Source of the DNA: an uncultured Eubacteriales bacterium
GTDB taxonomy: Bacteria > Acidobacteriota > Aminicenantia > Aminicenantales > Aminicenantaceae
Reading direction: 5' to 3'
NCBI GenBank assembly: GCA_964406575.1
Contig: CAYOSH010000001.1
Span: 192,727 to 256,726, forward strand
DNA length: 64,000 nucleotides
The position numbers and the translations under genes were made by a program. Shown here piece by piece: positions 1 through 10,043 of this stretch; the first letter of the stretch is position 1; every line of letters starts with the position of its first letter. The notes under the pieces were generated by a model. It was given only the letters and a program-made list of their open reading frames with translations, did no database searches and had not been told where the DNA came from.

Positions 1-112
1 CAGAAATTATTATCGTATCACCTCCCGTGGAAGAGAGGCTTTAAAAGCAGCCATGGAGCTGAAAAAAACGCTCTGGGATGAGGAATCGGAGCTGGTTTTG
101 GGTGAAAAATAG
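1..112 (+). CDS. PadR-family transcriptional regulator, C-terminal fragment (5' end outside the window)
   Basis: Frame 2 reads RNYYRITSRGREALKAAMELKKTLWDEESELVLGEK*. This is the same C-terminal 'Y.(I/L)T..G..AL' tail as the complete PadR genes at 46122-46430 and 52496-52819. It sits 39 nt upstream of a MacB/FtsX-type permease, like those two. Confidence 0.6.
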   Translation, partial: RNYYRITSRGREALKAAMELKKTLWDEESELVLGEK

Positions 113-151
113 TTCGAATGAAAAACGTCCAGGCATGATAAACACGAAAAC

Positions 152-2803
152 ATGAACAAAACACAAAAAAATCTGCCACGAGTTGCCAGATGGCTGATCC
201 GTCAAATTGCCAACAGGGACGAAACTGATGCCATCGTGGGGGATTTCGATGAGGAATTCTCCGATTGTGTTGATTCGCACGGTCCCTTCCGAGCCCACTT
301 GTTGTATTGGCGGCTCATCCTTGTTTCTTTCCCTTCATTCATCGCAAATTTATTCTCTTGGAGAGGAGCCATGTTTAAAAATTATCTGACAGTGGCATTG
401 CGGAATGTGAGGAGGCACAAAGGTTTTTCAGGTATCAATATAGTGGGATTGGCGATAGGGATGGCTGCCAGCATCCTCATCGCAATCTTTGTCCTTCATG
501 AGCTGAGTTTCGACCGCCATCATGAGAAGGCGGACCGGATTTACCGCGTCGTTGCCCAATTCGATCCAGGGGGAGAAAAAAAGGGTGCCTATACAGTACC
601 TCCCATGGCCCAGGCTATGTTGAATGAATTGCCTGAGGTCGAACAGGCAGTAAGACTGAGCTTATGGCCTAGTAACGACTTAGTGCGATACCAAGACAAT
701 CTCTTTTTAGAGAAAGGTATCATCTATGCCGATGCCAGCATCTTCGATGTGTTTACAATTCCCTTCGTTCTCGGCGATCCCAAAACCGCTCTGGTCGAGC
801 CGCGGACCATCGTTCTCACCAAAGATATTGCACATAAATATTTCGGAAATGAAAATCCTTTGGGGAGATCGCTGAAGTTCGAAGACAAGGGACGAGATTT
901 TAAAATCACGGGAGTTATAGAGAATTGTCCCTCGACATCCCATTTTCAGTATGAAATGATCGCCTCGATCATATCCACCAGAACTGCCTTTGATACCGGA
1001 TGGGGAGGCCACACCTATTTTACATATATTGTTCTCAAAGACAGAAATGCCAGGCCCCAATTGGAGGCCAAATTACCTGATTTTTGCAGACGGCATTGGG
1101 GTGCCCATAATTATGCCCAGACGGGACAAACATACGATGAATACATAAAGGATGGAAAAAATTATTACGGATTCTCCCTGGAACCCCTCTCGGATATCCA
1201 TCTCAATAGCGATGTCGTCGATTATCTGTCCGTAAAAGGAAATAAAACCTACGTGGTTGTGTTTTCGATGATCGCCCTTTTTATCCTTTTAATCGCTGCC
1301 ATCAATTTTATGAACCTCTCTACAGCCCGGTTCGCCCACAGGTCCAAAGAGGTGGGGGTGCGTAAGGTCCTGGGCTCCAGCCACAAACAGCTCGTCAGGC
1401 AATTTCTGGGTGAATCCGTCTTGCTCAGTCTGTGTGCTCTTGTGTTCGCCATTCTGTTCGTCAACATTGCTTTGCCTCCCTTCCGGAATCTGACCAGCCG
1501 GCAGCTGGAGCTGGATCTTTTCCAATCTGTTTATGTTCTGCCGGTTCTTGTCGGGTTTGCTATTCTTGTCGGGATTTGTGCGGGCTGTTACCCTGCGTTT
1601 TTCCTCTCTTCGGTCCAGCCTGCCCGTACAGTCAAAGGCTCCGGGCAGCATAACTCCAAAGGTAATGTCTTCCTCCGCCGTGCGCTAGTGGCCCTTCAAT
1701 TCGCCGTGACCTTCGGGATATTTTTTGGAACGTTTGTGATTTCCCAACAGTTGCGGTATGTCCGTACTAAACAATTAGGATTCAACAAAGAACATGTTGT
1801 AGTCATCCACAGGGCGGATGCTCTGGGAAAGGAGGCGGATGCATTTAAACAGGAACTGCTGAGGGACCCCAGCATCAGTGTCATATCCGACACAGAGAGT
1901 TTGCCGGGGAGGCATTTCAACGACAACAGCCACAGACTGGAAGGGAGGCCAGCCACAGAGACTCCCACCCTCCATACCATGTATGGAGATCATAATTTTG
2001 CAAAATTGCTGGACTTGGAGATTGTGGCAGGCCGGTATTTTTCACCAGACATCCCGACGGATGCGACCTCTGCTGTTGTGATCAATGAGACCGCAGTCAA
2101 GGAGCTTGGATTGACCGATCCCGTGGGGAAGCGCTTTTATAAGGAGTTCGGCGGTGCCAAAGAGGGCGAGTTTGTCACCATTATCGGTGTGCTCAAGGAT
2201 TTTCATTATAATTCCCTTCATTATGAAATATTTCCGATGATCATTCGTCCTCTATCTCCATCGACCTGGAATTTCACATCCGTAAGGATCGGAACCGAAA
2301 ATATCTCCAAAACTTTGGCCCGGATTGAGGAAACATGGAAGACCTTCACCGGCGGTCAGCCCTTCGAATATTCATTTCTGGATGAAGACTTCGACAATCT
2401 TTACAGGAACGAGCAGAGGATGGGGCAGATCTTTTTCCTGTTCGCTGCACTGGCTATTTTTATCGCCTGCCTGGGTCTGGTGGGGCTCATTTCTTTCACC
2501 GCGGAACAGCGCACCAAAGAGATCGGAATCCGCAAAGTGTTGGGAGCTTCTGTTTCGAAGATTATTTACCTCCTGTCGCGAGAGGTGGTTGTCCTTGTTT
2601 GTGTGGCATCCCTCGTTGCCGCCCCGGTTGCTTTTTTCAGTATGCACAAGTGGCTGGAGAATTTTGCCTTCCGCATCGGCATTTCGCCTTTGATGTTTGT
2701 TTTGACAGCACTGGGGACGCTTGCAGTCGCTTTGTTGTCTGTGAGCTTTCGGGCGGTTAAGGCTGCCCAGGCTAATCCTATCGATTCGATCCGGTATGAA
2801 TAG
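152..2803 (+). CDS. MacB/FtsX-type ABC transporter permease, duplicated 4-TM module, no adjacent ATPase (ADOP-like)
   Basis: 883-aa ORF with two FtsX-like blocks ('INFMNLSTARFAHRSKEVGVRKVLG' and 'FTAEQRTKEIGIRKVLGAS'). It has large periplasmic inserts and an N-terminal prefix 'LPRVARWL...GDFDEEF' shared with the paralogues at 43501-46098 and 52821-55427. Confidence 0.85.
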   Translation: MNKTQKNLPRVARWLIRQIANRDETDAIVGDFDEEFSDCVDSHGPFRAHLLYWRLILVSFPSFIANLFSWRGAMFKNYLTVALRNVRRHKGFSGINIVGLAIGMAASILIAIFVLHELSFDRHHEKADRIYRVVAQFDPGGEKKGAYTVPPMAQAMLNELPEVEQAVRLSLWPSNDLVRYQDNLFLEKGIIYADASIFDVFTIPFVLGDPKTALVEPRTIVLTKDIAHKYFGNENPLGRSLKFEDKGRDFKITGVIENCPSTSHFQYEMIASIISTRTAFDTGWGGHTYFTYIVLKDRNARPQLEAKLPDFCRRHWGAHNYAQTGQTYDEYIKDGKNYYGFSLEPLSDIHLNSDVVDYLSVKGNKTYVVVFSMIALFILLIAAINFMNLSTARFAHRSKEVGVRKVLGSSHKQLVRQFLGESVLLSLCALVFAILFVNIALPPFRNLTSRQLELDLFQSVYVLPVLVGFAILVGICAGCYPAFFLSSVQPARTVKGSGQHNSKGNVFLRRALVALQFAVTFGIFFGTFVISQQLRYVRTKQLGFNKEHVVVIHRADALGKEADAFKQELLRDPSISVISDTESLPGRHFNDNSHRLEGRPATETPTLHTMYGDHNFAKLLDLEIVAGRYFSPDIPTDATSAVVINETAVKELGLTDPVGKRFYKEFGGAKEGEFVTIIGVLKDFHYNSLHYEIFPMIIRPLSPSTWNFTSVRIGTENISKTLARIEETWKTFTGGQPFEYSFLDEDFDNLYRNEQRMGQIFFLFAALAIFIACLGLVGLISFTAEQRTKEIGIRKVLGASVSKIIYLLSREVVVLVCVASLVAAPVAFFSMHKWLENFAFRIGISPLMFVLTALGTLAVALLSVSFRAVKAAQANPIDSIRYE

Positions 2804-2883
2804 ATTGTCCTGAATTTGCTTGGAGTGTTTTTATCTTTTAAGATCAGATAAACCGAGATAAATATGCCTTTGTTTTCCGGCCT

Positions 2884-3759
2884 TTATTTTCTGGTCATCT
2901 CATCGTAAACCCATCCGATGTTCTTTTTCTTCGTCAGGAACTCACCCTGGTCCTGAATGTAGGTGAAGCTTGACAGGTCGATGGATTCCACAGCTTGTTC
3001 TTTTGTCTTGCCCTCTTCGATGGCGGCAGAGACTTCTTTTCTGAGTGCATTCAGGTAGTCGGCAAATTTGACGAACTCTTTCATGTCTGTGACTTTTCCG
3101 TGGCCGGGAATAACCTGGAAGTCCGGGTATCGTTCGGCAAGTGTTTGGATGGTGCGAACCCAGTTTTTAGTGTCCGAACCATCTTTCACATCGATATAGG
3201 GAGGCAATCCGTGGAAGAAAAGGTCTCCGGCATGGATCACTTTAGCCTGGTCAAAGATGACGATCGTATCCCCAGAAGTGTGTCCGGGACCTATATAGAC
3301 AAGTCGGACAGTTGCTTTTCCCAATGGGATCGTCATTTCTGTGTCAAAGGTTTTACTAGGGGCCCCGATACCTTCTGGCGTTTCTTCGGGCTTCAATCCG
3401 GCCAGGAGGGATTTTCTGCAGTTTTTGTGGCTGATGATCTGAGCGCCTTTCCCGATGATGGGATTTCCGCTGGTGTGATCGCCATGGTAATGAGTGTTGA
3501 TCAGATACTGAATAGCCTTGGGACTGAGTTCTCTGATTTTCGCCATCACCGCATCGGCTGTCCGGGCATACTGCGCATCGACAATGAGCAAGGACTCCTC
3601 TCCCACATATATGCCGATATTACCTCCGGCCCCATAAAGGCAGTAAACACCATCTGCAACCTTTTCGATCTTTATGGGATCTTCTTGTTGAATCCATGGG
3701 TAAAGAGAAATGAAAACAACGCATAAGAATGAAGTGAGGAATAGCCCGAATTTTTTCAT
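2884..3759 (-). CDS. MBL-fold metallo-hydrolase, secreted
   Basis: 'THYHGDHTSG' HxHxDH motif. Signal-peptide-like MKKFGLFLTSFLCVVFISL. I chose the ATG at 3759 because GGAGG lies upstream; the ORF-track start at 3819 has no RBS. Confidence 0.85.
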   Translation of the reverse strand: MKKFGLFLTSFLCVVFISLYPWIQQEDPIKIEKVADGVYCLYGAGGNIGIYVGEESLLIVDAQYARTADAVMAKIRELSPKAIQYLINTHYHGDHTSGNPIIGKGAQIISHKNCRKSLLAGLKPEETPEGIGAPSKTFDTEMTIPLGKATVRLVYIGPGHTSGDTIVIFDQAKVIHAGDLFFHGLPPYIDVKDGSDTKNWVRTIQTLAERYPDFQVIPGHGKVTDMKEFVKFADYLNALRKEVSAAIEEGKTKEQAVESIDLSSFTYIQDQGEFLTKKKNIGWVYDEMTRK

Positions 3760-4022
3760 GATGTTCGTCCTCCCGCGTATTTTTAGTCTATTCATAATGA
3801 AATTGTCAAAAAAAAGCAAACATTACTTGTCGATCACACTCCCATAACATTATACATACATGCTGTTTTGGCTTTTGGATTGCTTGCTGCACGCAGAAGT
3901 CTGGCACTTAAGATCAGGACATTATAAAATAGGGCTGTATTCTGAATAGAAAAAATCTTAAAAAGAGAAGGACCCTTTAGAGATTAAAACCCGATAGGGA
4001 AAAAATCAGGGAGTGACTCATT

Positions 4023-4907
4023 ATGTTAGACACAGGCTTAAAAAACAAAGTCGTCATCGTGACAGGAGCCAATCATGGCGTCGGGGCTGCAACAGCTGTG
4101 GCTTTTGCGAAAGAAGGGGCCAAGGTGTTTATTAACTATCTCCGTCTATCGCCTTCTGCATATGGGGGTGTGGATGACAAAGATAGCGAAAAAACCATGG
4201 AACCTGGCAGGGCCTTCTATTACAAAACACTCACACGATCGGCAGATGCCGTGATCCAGGCCATTAAAGATCTGGGCGGGATCTGTTTGAGCTGGGAAGC
4301 AGACCTGGCAGATCCCGAAAATATCCCAGAGCTTTTTGATAGAGCGGAGGATGCATTCGGAGGAGTGAATATTCTCGTCAATAACGCAGCGTTCGATCAA
4401 CTGGACACGTTTATCCCCGGAAAAGAGTTGGCCAAGCACCCTTTGTTTGCCGGGGAGTACCCGATGAAGACAATATCGGCGGATTCTGCGGACAAACACT
4501 TTGCTGTCAATAGCAGAGCCGTTGCTCTCTTGATGAGCGAATTCGCTCAAAGGCATTTCCGGAGAAAAGCCGATTGGGGACGGATCATCAACATCAGCAC
4601 AGATGGAGCCTATGCCCATCCCTCCAATGTATCTTATGGAGCGAGTAAACTCGCTATGGAGAGTTACACACGGGCGGCCGCTTACGAATTGGGGCCTTAC
4701 GGCATCACGGTGAATGTCGTATCCCCTGGTGCGGTCCAGACCGGATGGATGTCTTCCGAAATTGTGGAATCCCTGGAAAAGAGCTATCCTCTGCGCAGGA
4801 TCGGAATGCCCGAGGATATAGCCCATGCGGTCGTCTTTTTCGCCTCGAAACAGGCGGACTGGATCACAGGGCAAGTCCTTCATGTGGGTGGCGGGAACAA
4901 AATGTGA
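4023..4907 (+). CDS. SDR-family oxidoreductase
   Basis: 'VTGANHGVGAAT' (TGxxxGxG), 'NNAA' and 'YGASK' (YxxxK). GGGAG lies upstream of the ATG. Confidence 0.9.
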   Translation: MLDTGLKNKVVIVTGANHGVGAATAVAFAKEGAKVFINYLRLSPSAYGGVDDKDSEKTMEPGRAFYYKTLTRSADAVIQAIKDLGGICLSWEADLADPENIPELFDRAEDAFGGVNILVNNAAFDQLDTFIPGKELAKHPLFAGEYPMKTISADSADKHFAVNSRAVALLMSEFAQRHFRRKADWGRIINISTDGAYAHPSNVSYGASKLAMESYTRAAAYELGPYGITVNVVSPGAVQTGWMSSEIVESLEKSYPLRRIGMPEDIAHAVVFFASKQADWITGQVLHVGGGNKM

Positions 4908-5077
4908 ATAAAGCGTGGTCATAAGCTGTAGATAGGAATGAGATAAAAATGCCTTTTTCATTCCAATGCGAACAGTTTATAGGTATACTTAGCCTGAATA
5001 TTTTTGCTGGATCCAAGGAGCTTTGATTATTCATGCGAAATGACACAATCTCTGCATTAACGACAAAGGAGGTTAGG

Positions 5078-5812
5078 ATGAGGAAAATCTTTACACTGAG
5101 TTTTGTGTGTCTGATGTTTTTGAGCTTTGCGGCTGTTCCGGGTTTTAGCCAGGATGCTTCGGGTGTTGTTGAAAAGATGATCGAAGCCTCTGGCGGAAGA
5201 AAAGCCCTGGAGAACATCAAAGACACCACCATCTCCGGCAACTTCGATCTCACACAGATGGGAATGCAAGGTATGATGACTATCTACCATAAAGAGCCGA
5301 ACATGTTCCGTCAGGATATCGAGGTTATGGGCATGCTTATCACAACCGCTTTTGATGGTGAGACGGGCTGGATGGTCAATCCGCAGTCAGGCGCCACTGA
5401 AGAACTCCCCGAAGACAGGCAGGCGGAGGCCAGCAGAGGAGCCCTGACGTATGGAAATGCCGTTTTGCTTTATCCAGAAAAACATGGCGTGACGTATAAA
5501 CTGAAGGGTGAAGAAACGGTCGATGAGGTCAAATGTCTTGTTCTCGAGCAGGCTTTTTCAGATGGACACGTTGTCACCATGTACATTGATGCTGGCAGCC
5601 ATCTCATTCACAAAACCAAACAGCTTTCAACAGGACAGATGGGGACCGAGGTTGATACAGAAGTTGTTTTCTCCGATTACAAAGACGTGGATGGAATGCC
5701 AGCGCCTCACTTAGTGACCATATACCAGGATGGGGAAGAGTTTGCGGTTATGACCGTCTCTGAGATCAAGTATAACTCAGGAATGGAGGATTCTCTCTTC
5801 AAGATGGAGTAG
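5078..5812 (+). CDS. Secreted hypothetical protein, LolA-like / lipoprotein-sorting-like (family recalled from memory)
   Basis: AAGGAGG lies 6 nt upstream of the ATG at 5078. Signal peptide MRKIFTLSFVCLMFLSFAAVPGFSQ. The N-terminal 'VVEKMIEASGGRKALENIKD' is typical of that family. Confidence 0.55.
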   Translation: MRKIFTLSFVCLMFLSFAAVPGFSQDASGVVEKMIEASGGRKALENIKDTTISGNFDLTQMGMQGMMTIYHKEPNMFRQDIEVMGMLITTAFDGETGWMVNPQSGATEELPEDRQAEASRGALTYGNAVLLYPEKHGVTYKLKGEETVDEVKCLVLEQAFSDGHVVTMYIDAGSHLIHKTKQLSTGQMGTEVDTEVVFSDYKDVDGMPAPHLVTIYQDGEEFAVMTVSEIKYNSGMEDSLFKME

Positions 5813-6087
5813 CCCCCGAAAAATTAGGGTCGATATAAATACTTGCTTTAATCTTCAGTGAGAATCTTCCCGATATATGTTTCCGGATAGCTTAGGAGAC
5901 TGCCCATTTTTCTGGCGAAGTTTTGTCTTGTCTCGCCTTGGTATCGCCCAGCTGTAAGGAGTTCTTCTTTCTCTGATTTTAGCGCGAGATATTCATCGCT
6001 CTCCCCTGTTTGATTTCGGATTATTCCTGTGATATAAGGCAAGGATAAGGGTAAACAGAATCACCCCATCCAAAAAAAATCGTTTGA

Positions 6088-8436
6088 ATGACGCGTCAAA
6101 GAGGAGGCCCATTGAAAAACCGACCAATTTTATATATTTTAGTTGCTCTTTTAATGATCTCTGCTTTCCTGGGAGCAGAGGATTTTTCCAAAGAAAAAGC
6201 CTTTGAGCACATCAAACACATGGCAGGGACGATCGGACCCCGCCCGATGGGTTCACCTCAAGAAAAGGAGGCTTTGAAGTATGCGGCTGAAGTTTTGGCC
6301 GAGTGCGGTTGTCAGGTGGAATGGCAGTTTATTCCTCACTCCGTTCGCACCCGAATTTCTGGGGGAATGAACACAAACAGCGGGAATGTGATTGGCCGGC
6401 TCCAGGGAGAGTCCAATCGAGAGATCGTCATCGGCGCCCATATCGACTCTGCGGGTCCTGAGATACCCGGGGCCAATGACGATGTCTCCGGTGTCGCTGC
6501 CTTTTTGGAGATCGCCCGGGTGATGAGCCAAGAGCCCCATTATTCGACATACGTGTTTGTGGCCTTCGGAGGAGAGGAATCCGGACTGGTAGGGTCCAAT
6601 TACTTTGTGGAGAACTACCCTCTGGAGAATGTTGCGCTCATGCTCCAGCTCGATATGACGAGCAACGATTCTCCGCTCATGATCTGGCTCGATACGACGG
6701 AACACCAGAGCCCGGAGTGGCTGGTGTCAGCGAGTATCGACGCCTATCACAGCCTCGGATATCGGAATATCGTTTATCCCACACACTTTCAGTCGTTGAA
6801 CGGATCGTTGGGGGGTGCGGGCTCTGATCACGAGCCCTTCATGCGGAAGGGAATTCCGGCCATCGCCTTTGTGAGCGATGTGAGGTTTCCCATCCACACG
6901 CGGAATGATTCCGTAGAGAATTTCAAGATCGATGGGTTGGAGAGGAGTGGGAATCTGATCCTCGAGCTTTTGAGGAGGTTCGACCGTGAGCAACCAGAAC
7001 CGAACAAGGGGCACTACATGCTATTTCTGCTCGGTGAAAAACCCATCTTTATACCTCCCGTTATGATGATGGCATTTGTTCTCATCAGCATTGTCATTAC
7101 GATCTTTGCTCTGGTTTTTCTTAGGAAAAGACGCCAGGACTTCACAGAGGATAAAAAAATAAAGAAATCCTGGCCCAAACTCCTGGTCCTTCTCCTCATC
7201 ATGGCGGTTGTGGTTGCGGCATCGGATTGGATCTTAAAATTCCTGAAGGGACAGCGGTTCTATTGGTATGCCCACCCCGGACCCCATCTTCTCTATCTCA
7301 TTCCTTTTACAGTATTGGGAATCTGGCTGGCTTTGCAAGTGCTGTGGCGGTGGCGATTGCGGAGGGATGCTTTCTTTTATTTGATCCGGTCATCCCTTTA
7401 TCTTTTGGGATTCACTCTGATCGCCCTGGCATTTGTCAATGCTCGGTTGGCCCTGTATCCCGCTTCAGGCCTTTTTCTTTTAAGCCTGGCCTGTCTGGTC
7501 CCGTGGGGATGGCTCAAAGGTGTGCTCTTCATTCTGTCTCCTTATCTGATGATCCGGCTCCTCTTTATCCCTCAGCTCTATGAGTTTATCTACAGGGGAA
7601 TGGCTCAAATGGGTATGCAGCTCAGATCCGTTCTGGCAGAATTGATATTTTCGGGGGCAGTGATCTTTCTCATGATCCTGTTCATGATGCCTTTTCTGCT
7701 GGGTTTTGCTGCTGTATACCGGAGTTATAAGGGGGATCTTTTTGGGCTCAAACGATATCGTTTGAAATGGGCTCTTGTTCCGATAGCTGTTCTTATTCTT
7801 CTCTGTTCCGTCTATCTCATGACTTTGCCCAGCTACACGTCCACGTGGGAGCAGGAAGTCCGGGTTCATCAGCGATACGATGGCAAAGACAACAGCACAT
7901 TCGTGGAATTTGTCAGTATTGATTATCTCAAAAGGATCCGTGCAGACATCGCCGGCCGGCAGGAAACCGTGAATCAAAGAAATAGCCACCTGAAGATCGA
8001 ACAGCCTTTAGATATGAACTGGGTGAAAGACGAGGTGACCTTTCGAACTGAAAGTAACGGAGAGGATAAGATCATGGAAGTGGATGCGCTGTTGGAATTT
8101 GAGAAGCAACCTTTTACGGTCAATCTCAAGTTCGAGGGCGATGTCCCCCTCACGGTCGAAGATTGCAGCGTGGAATACAGGCATGGGAAAGACTCGAGGG
8201 TGACGATGTATTGGTACAGCTTCCCGCCGAAGAGCCTTCGGCTACAACTGAAGCTGCGAATGCCCAAAGATGCGGCCTTGACAGCCGAGATCACGGCCAC
8301 ATTTCTGGAAACGCCCTTGAACATCCAGTGCGAAGGGGAAAACAAGCATTTTATCCATCGGGCCATTGTCACCCGTAGCATCGAGCTTAATCCGATGGAT
8401 TCTGATATTATTTCCCGAAGCGAAAGCTTACATTGA
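6088..8436 (+). CDS. M28-family peptidase fused to a polytopic membrane domain
   Basis: 'GAHIDSAGPEIPGANDDVSGVAAFLE' and 'FGGEESGLVGSNYFV' are M28 zinc-ligand blocks. About 9 hydrophobic segments follow (aa ~330-640), then a soluble C-terminal domain. Confidence 0.85.
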   Translation: MTRQRGGPLKNRPILYILVALLMISAFLGAEDFSKEKAFEHIKHMAGTIGPRPMGSPQEKEALKYAAEVLAECGCQVEWQFIPHSVRTRISGGMNTNSGNVIGRLQGESNREIVIGAHIDSAGPEIPGANDDVSGVAAFLEIARVMSQEPHYSTYVFVAFGGEESGLVGSNYFVENYPLENVALMLQLDMTSNDSPLMIWLDTTEHQSPEWLVSASIDAYHSLGYRNIVYPTHFQSLNGSLGGAGSDHEPFMRKGIPAIAFVSDVRFPIHTRNDSVENFKIDGLERSGNLILELLRRFDREQPEPNKGHYMLFLLGEKPIFIPPVMMMAFVLISIVITIFALVFLRKRRQDFTEDKKIKKSWPKLLVLLLIMAVVVAASDWILKFLKGQRFYWYAHPGPHLLYLIPFTVLGIWLALQVLWRWRLRRDAFFYLIRSSLYLLGFTLIALAFVNARLALYPASGLFLLSLACLVPWGWLKGVLFILSPYLMIRLLFIPQLYEFIYRGMAQMGMQLRSVLAELIFSGAVIFLMILFMMPFLLGFAAVYRSYKGDLFGLKRYRLKWALVPIAVLILLCSVYLMTLPSYTSTWEQEVRVHQRYDGKDNSTFVEFVSIDYLKRIRADIAGRQETVNQRNSHLKIEQPLDMNWVKDEVTFRTESNGEDKIMEVDALLEFEKQPFTVNLKFEGDVPLTVEDCSVEYRHGKDSRVTMYWYSFPPKSLRLQLKLRMPKDAALTAEITATFLETPLNIQCEGENKHFIHRAIVTRSIELNPMDSDIISRSESLH

Positions 8437-9271
8437 GCATGACATCGTCGAGGCCGCTATCGGACCTGTCGGTGAGGGGGTAACTTAGACCGGCCTGAAG
8501 CCTCACGATCTGGGAGATGTTGAGGACAATATCGATTTCGGGCTCGAAGATGTAGAAGTGGCGCTCCCAAGCATATCCAGCTCCGAATAACGCGCCCACT
8601 TTGAAGTGGATCAAATTTTTGGGGGGGAAGATGAAGGCGGTTGTGATGCCGCCGTAGGCAGGTCCTCTATAATCGCAATCCCGATAGCAATCCCAATGTT
8701 CATACTCATCCTCATGTTCAGCTCTTCCGTAGGCCGCAAATCCGATAGAGAAGGAGTGGTTAAAAATCCAGCCTAACTGACCGCCCACAAGAACGGCAAA
8801 TTCATCGTAAACGTCTGTGGTCTTTGTGCCGAACTCTCCGTAAAAATGCGAATACGATTCGCCGCCAAGGAGCGTCTCTCTGGGGATCTCAGGCTGATTT
8901 GCGCTGAGTTGAGGTTCACGCTCCCTTTTATCTTCTTGGAGTGATTCCGCACCCTCCGGCGTGAGGTCTTCTGTGTACAACTCAAAGCGCGTGCCCTTTC
9001 TCAAAGCGACCCATGCTTTAAAGATTCTTCCTTCTGGAATATTTATGATCAGATATTCGCCCGTATCCAAACCTATTTCGATCTTCCGACCAACCGGTTT
9101 GGTCAATTCAACGACAAGGTCTTCACCCTCGTCCAAGATAGTGATCTTACCGAATATCTCCTCATTGAAGACAAGGATGGCTGAATGATCGGAAGAATGC
9201 GCCGCATCTAAAGGAAAGGTTACCAAGACTAAGAATACAATCAAAAGGAAAATCAGATGTTTGATATTCAT
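8408..9271 (-). CDS. Secreted hypothetical protein, paralogue of the non-catalytic C-terminal half of the caspase protein at 12899-14431
   Basis: GGAGGAG RBS and a signal peptide. 'VVELTKPVGRKIEIGLDTGEYLIINIPEG' matches 'VVELTKPPGRKIELGLEQGEYRVINIPEG' at 23/29 positions. The C-terminal 'LNVSFRFGK' compares with 'LNVGFQFGK'. Confidence 0.75.
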   Translation of the reverse strand: MNIKHLIFLLIVFLVLVTFPLDAAHSSDHSAILVFNEEIFGKITILDEGEDLVVELTKPVGRKIEIGLDTGEYLIINIPEGRIFKAWVALRKGTRFELYTEDLTPEGAESLQEDKREREPQLSANQPEIPRETLLGGESYSHFYGEFGTKTTDVYDEFAVLVGGQLGWIFNHSFSIGFAAYGRAEHEDEYEHWDCYRDCDYRGPAYGGITTAFIFPPKNLIHFKVGALFGAGYAWERHFYIFEPEIDIVLNISQIVRLQAGLSYPLTDRSDSGLDDVMLNVSFRFGK

Positions 9272-9293
9272 TTGCTCCTCCTGCGCCTGATTT

Positions 9294-10043
9294 TTAACCG
9301 AGATGGATCACATCTCCCGATCCAATGATCGTTGTGTTGATGACCGAAGGAGAGCCTTTATAGTAGACATTTCCCGAACCAGCTATGATCACATTTAAAA
9401 CATCTTCAACATGGATGTGACATTCTCCCGACCCGGGGATTTGGATGTCATAGCATGAAACGAGAAAGTCAAGAGCTTCGAGGTTTCCCGATCCGGCGAT
9501 CGTGACATTATGGTATTCGGCTCTTCCCGCAAGTTGGATATGGCCACTTCCTACGATAGAGGTCCATACCTTTTGGGCGCGGGCATCCATCCGCATACTG
9601 CCAGACCCGGCGATCAATAAGTGGAGTTCCCGGGGAAAAAAGGGGCTTTCCCCGTAGATGTTCCCGCTTCCGGTGATGGAAAATCCGCGAATCTCAACCA
9701 TGGAAACGTAGACCTTGACACCGATGCGTGTTGTGTAACTACTGTTGGCTTCGATGATCAATGTGCCATCATGGCGAACCCAGGTATGTATAAGCGGAAG
9801 GATATTGTCATCGGTGATAACCCGGAGTTCCTGAGTTGCGCTTTTGACAAAATACAGATCGCAGCTTCCCAGGATCTCCACACTGTGGAAAGAATCCACT
9901 TCTCGGATCTCTTCCGCCACAACTCCGGAGCCATACACATTATCGTTGTCGCAGCAGATGTTCCGGCAGGACCAGGTGAAAGCCAGCACGATCCCGATAG
10001 GGATAAAAATCCATTTTTTCGATATAAGATGAGTCCAGTTCAT
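9294..10043 (-). CDS. GIN-domain (DUF2807-like) repeat protein, secreted or anchored
   Basis: AAGGAG RBS and an N-terminal hydrophobic segment. Seven '(I/V)xGSG(N/S/H/E/D)' repeats are spaced about 20 aa apart (ITGSGNIYG, IAGSGSMRM, IVGSGHIQL, IAGSGNLEA, IPGSGECHI, IAGSGNVYY, IIGSGDVIH). Confidence 0.8.
   Translation of the reverse strand: MNWTHLISKKWIFIPIGIVLAFTWSCRNICCDNDNVYGSGVVAEEIREVDSFHSVEILGSCDLYFVKSATQELRVITDDNILPLIHTWVRHDGTLIIEANSSYTTRIGVKVYVSMVEIRGFSITGSGNIYGESPFFPRELHLLIAGSGSMRMDARAQKVWTSIVGSGHIQLAGRAEYHNVTIAGSGNLEALDFLVSCYDIQIPGSGECHIHVEDVLNVIIAGSGNVYYKGSPSVINTTIIGSGDVIHLG

Noticed and set aside
4146-4961. A 271-aa minus-strand ORF opposite the SDR gene. Similar long antisense ORFs occur at 13679-14386, 25670-26296, 43930-44649, 50411-51172, 58393-59013 and 63030-63653.
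   Set aside because: Each overlaps a gene whose frame is confirmed by catalytic motifs. None has an RBS or recognisable domains. They occur mainly in GC-richer genes, where stop codons are rare on the opposite strand.
5848-6042. A 64-aa minus-strand ORF with a faint HTH-like stretch ('GETRQNFARKMGSLLSYPETYIGKI').
   Set aside because: There is no ATG/GTG start with an RBS (the track start is a TTG). It is very short and squeezed between two well-supported genes. It may be a decayed XRE-type fragment, but that cannot be supported from the sequence alone.
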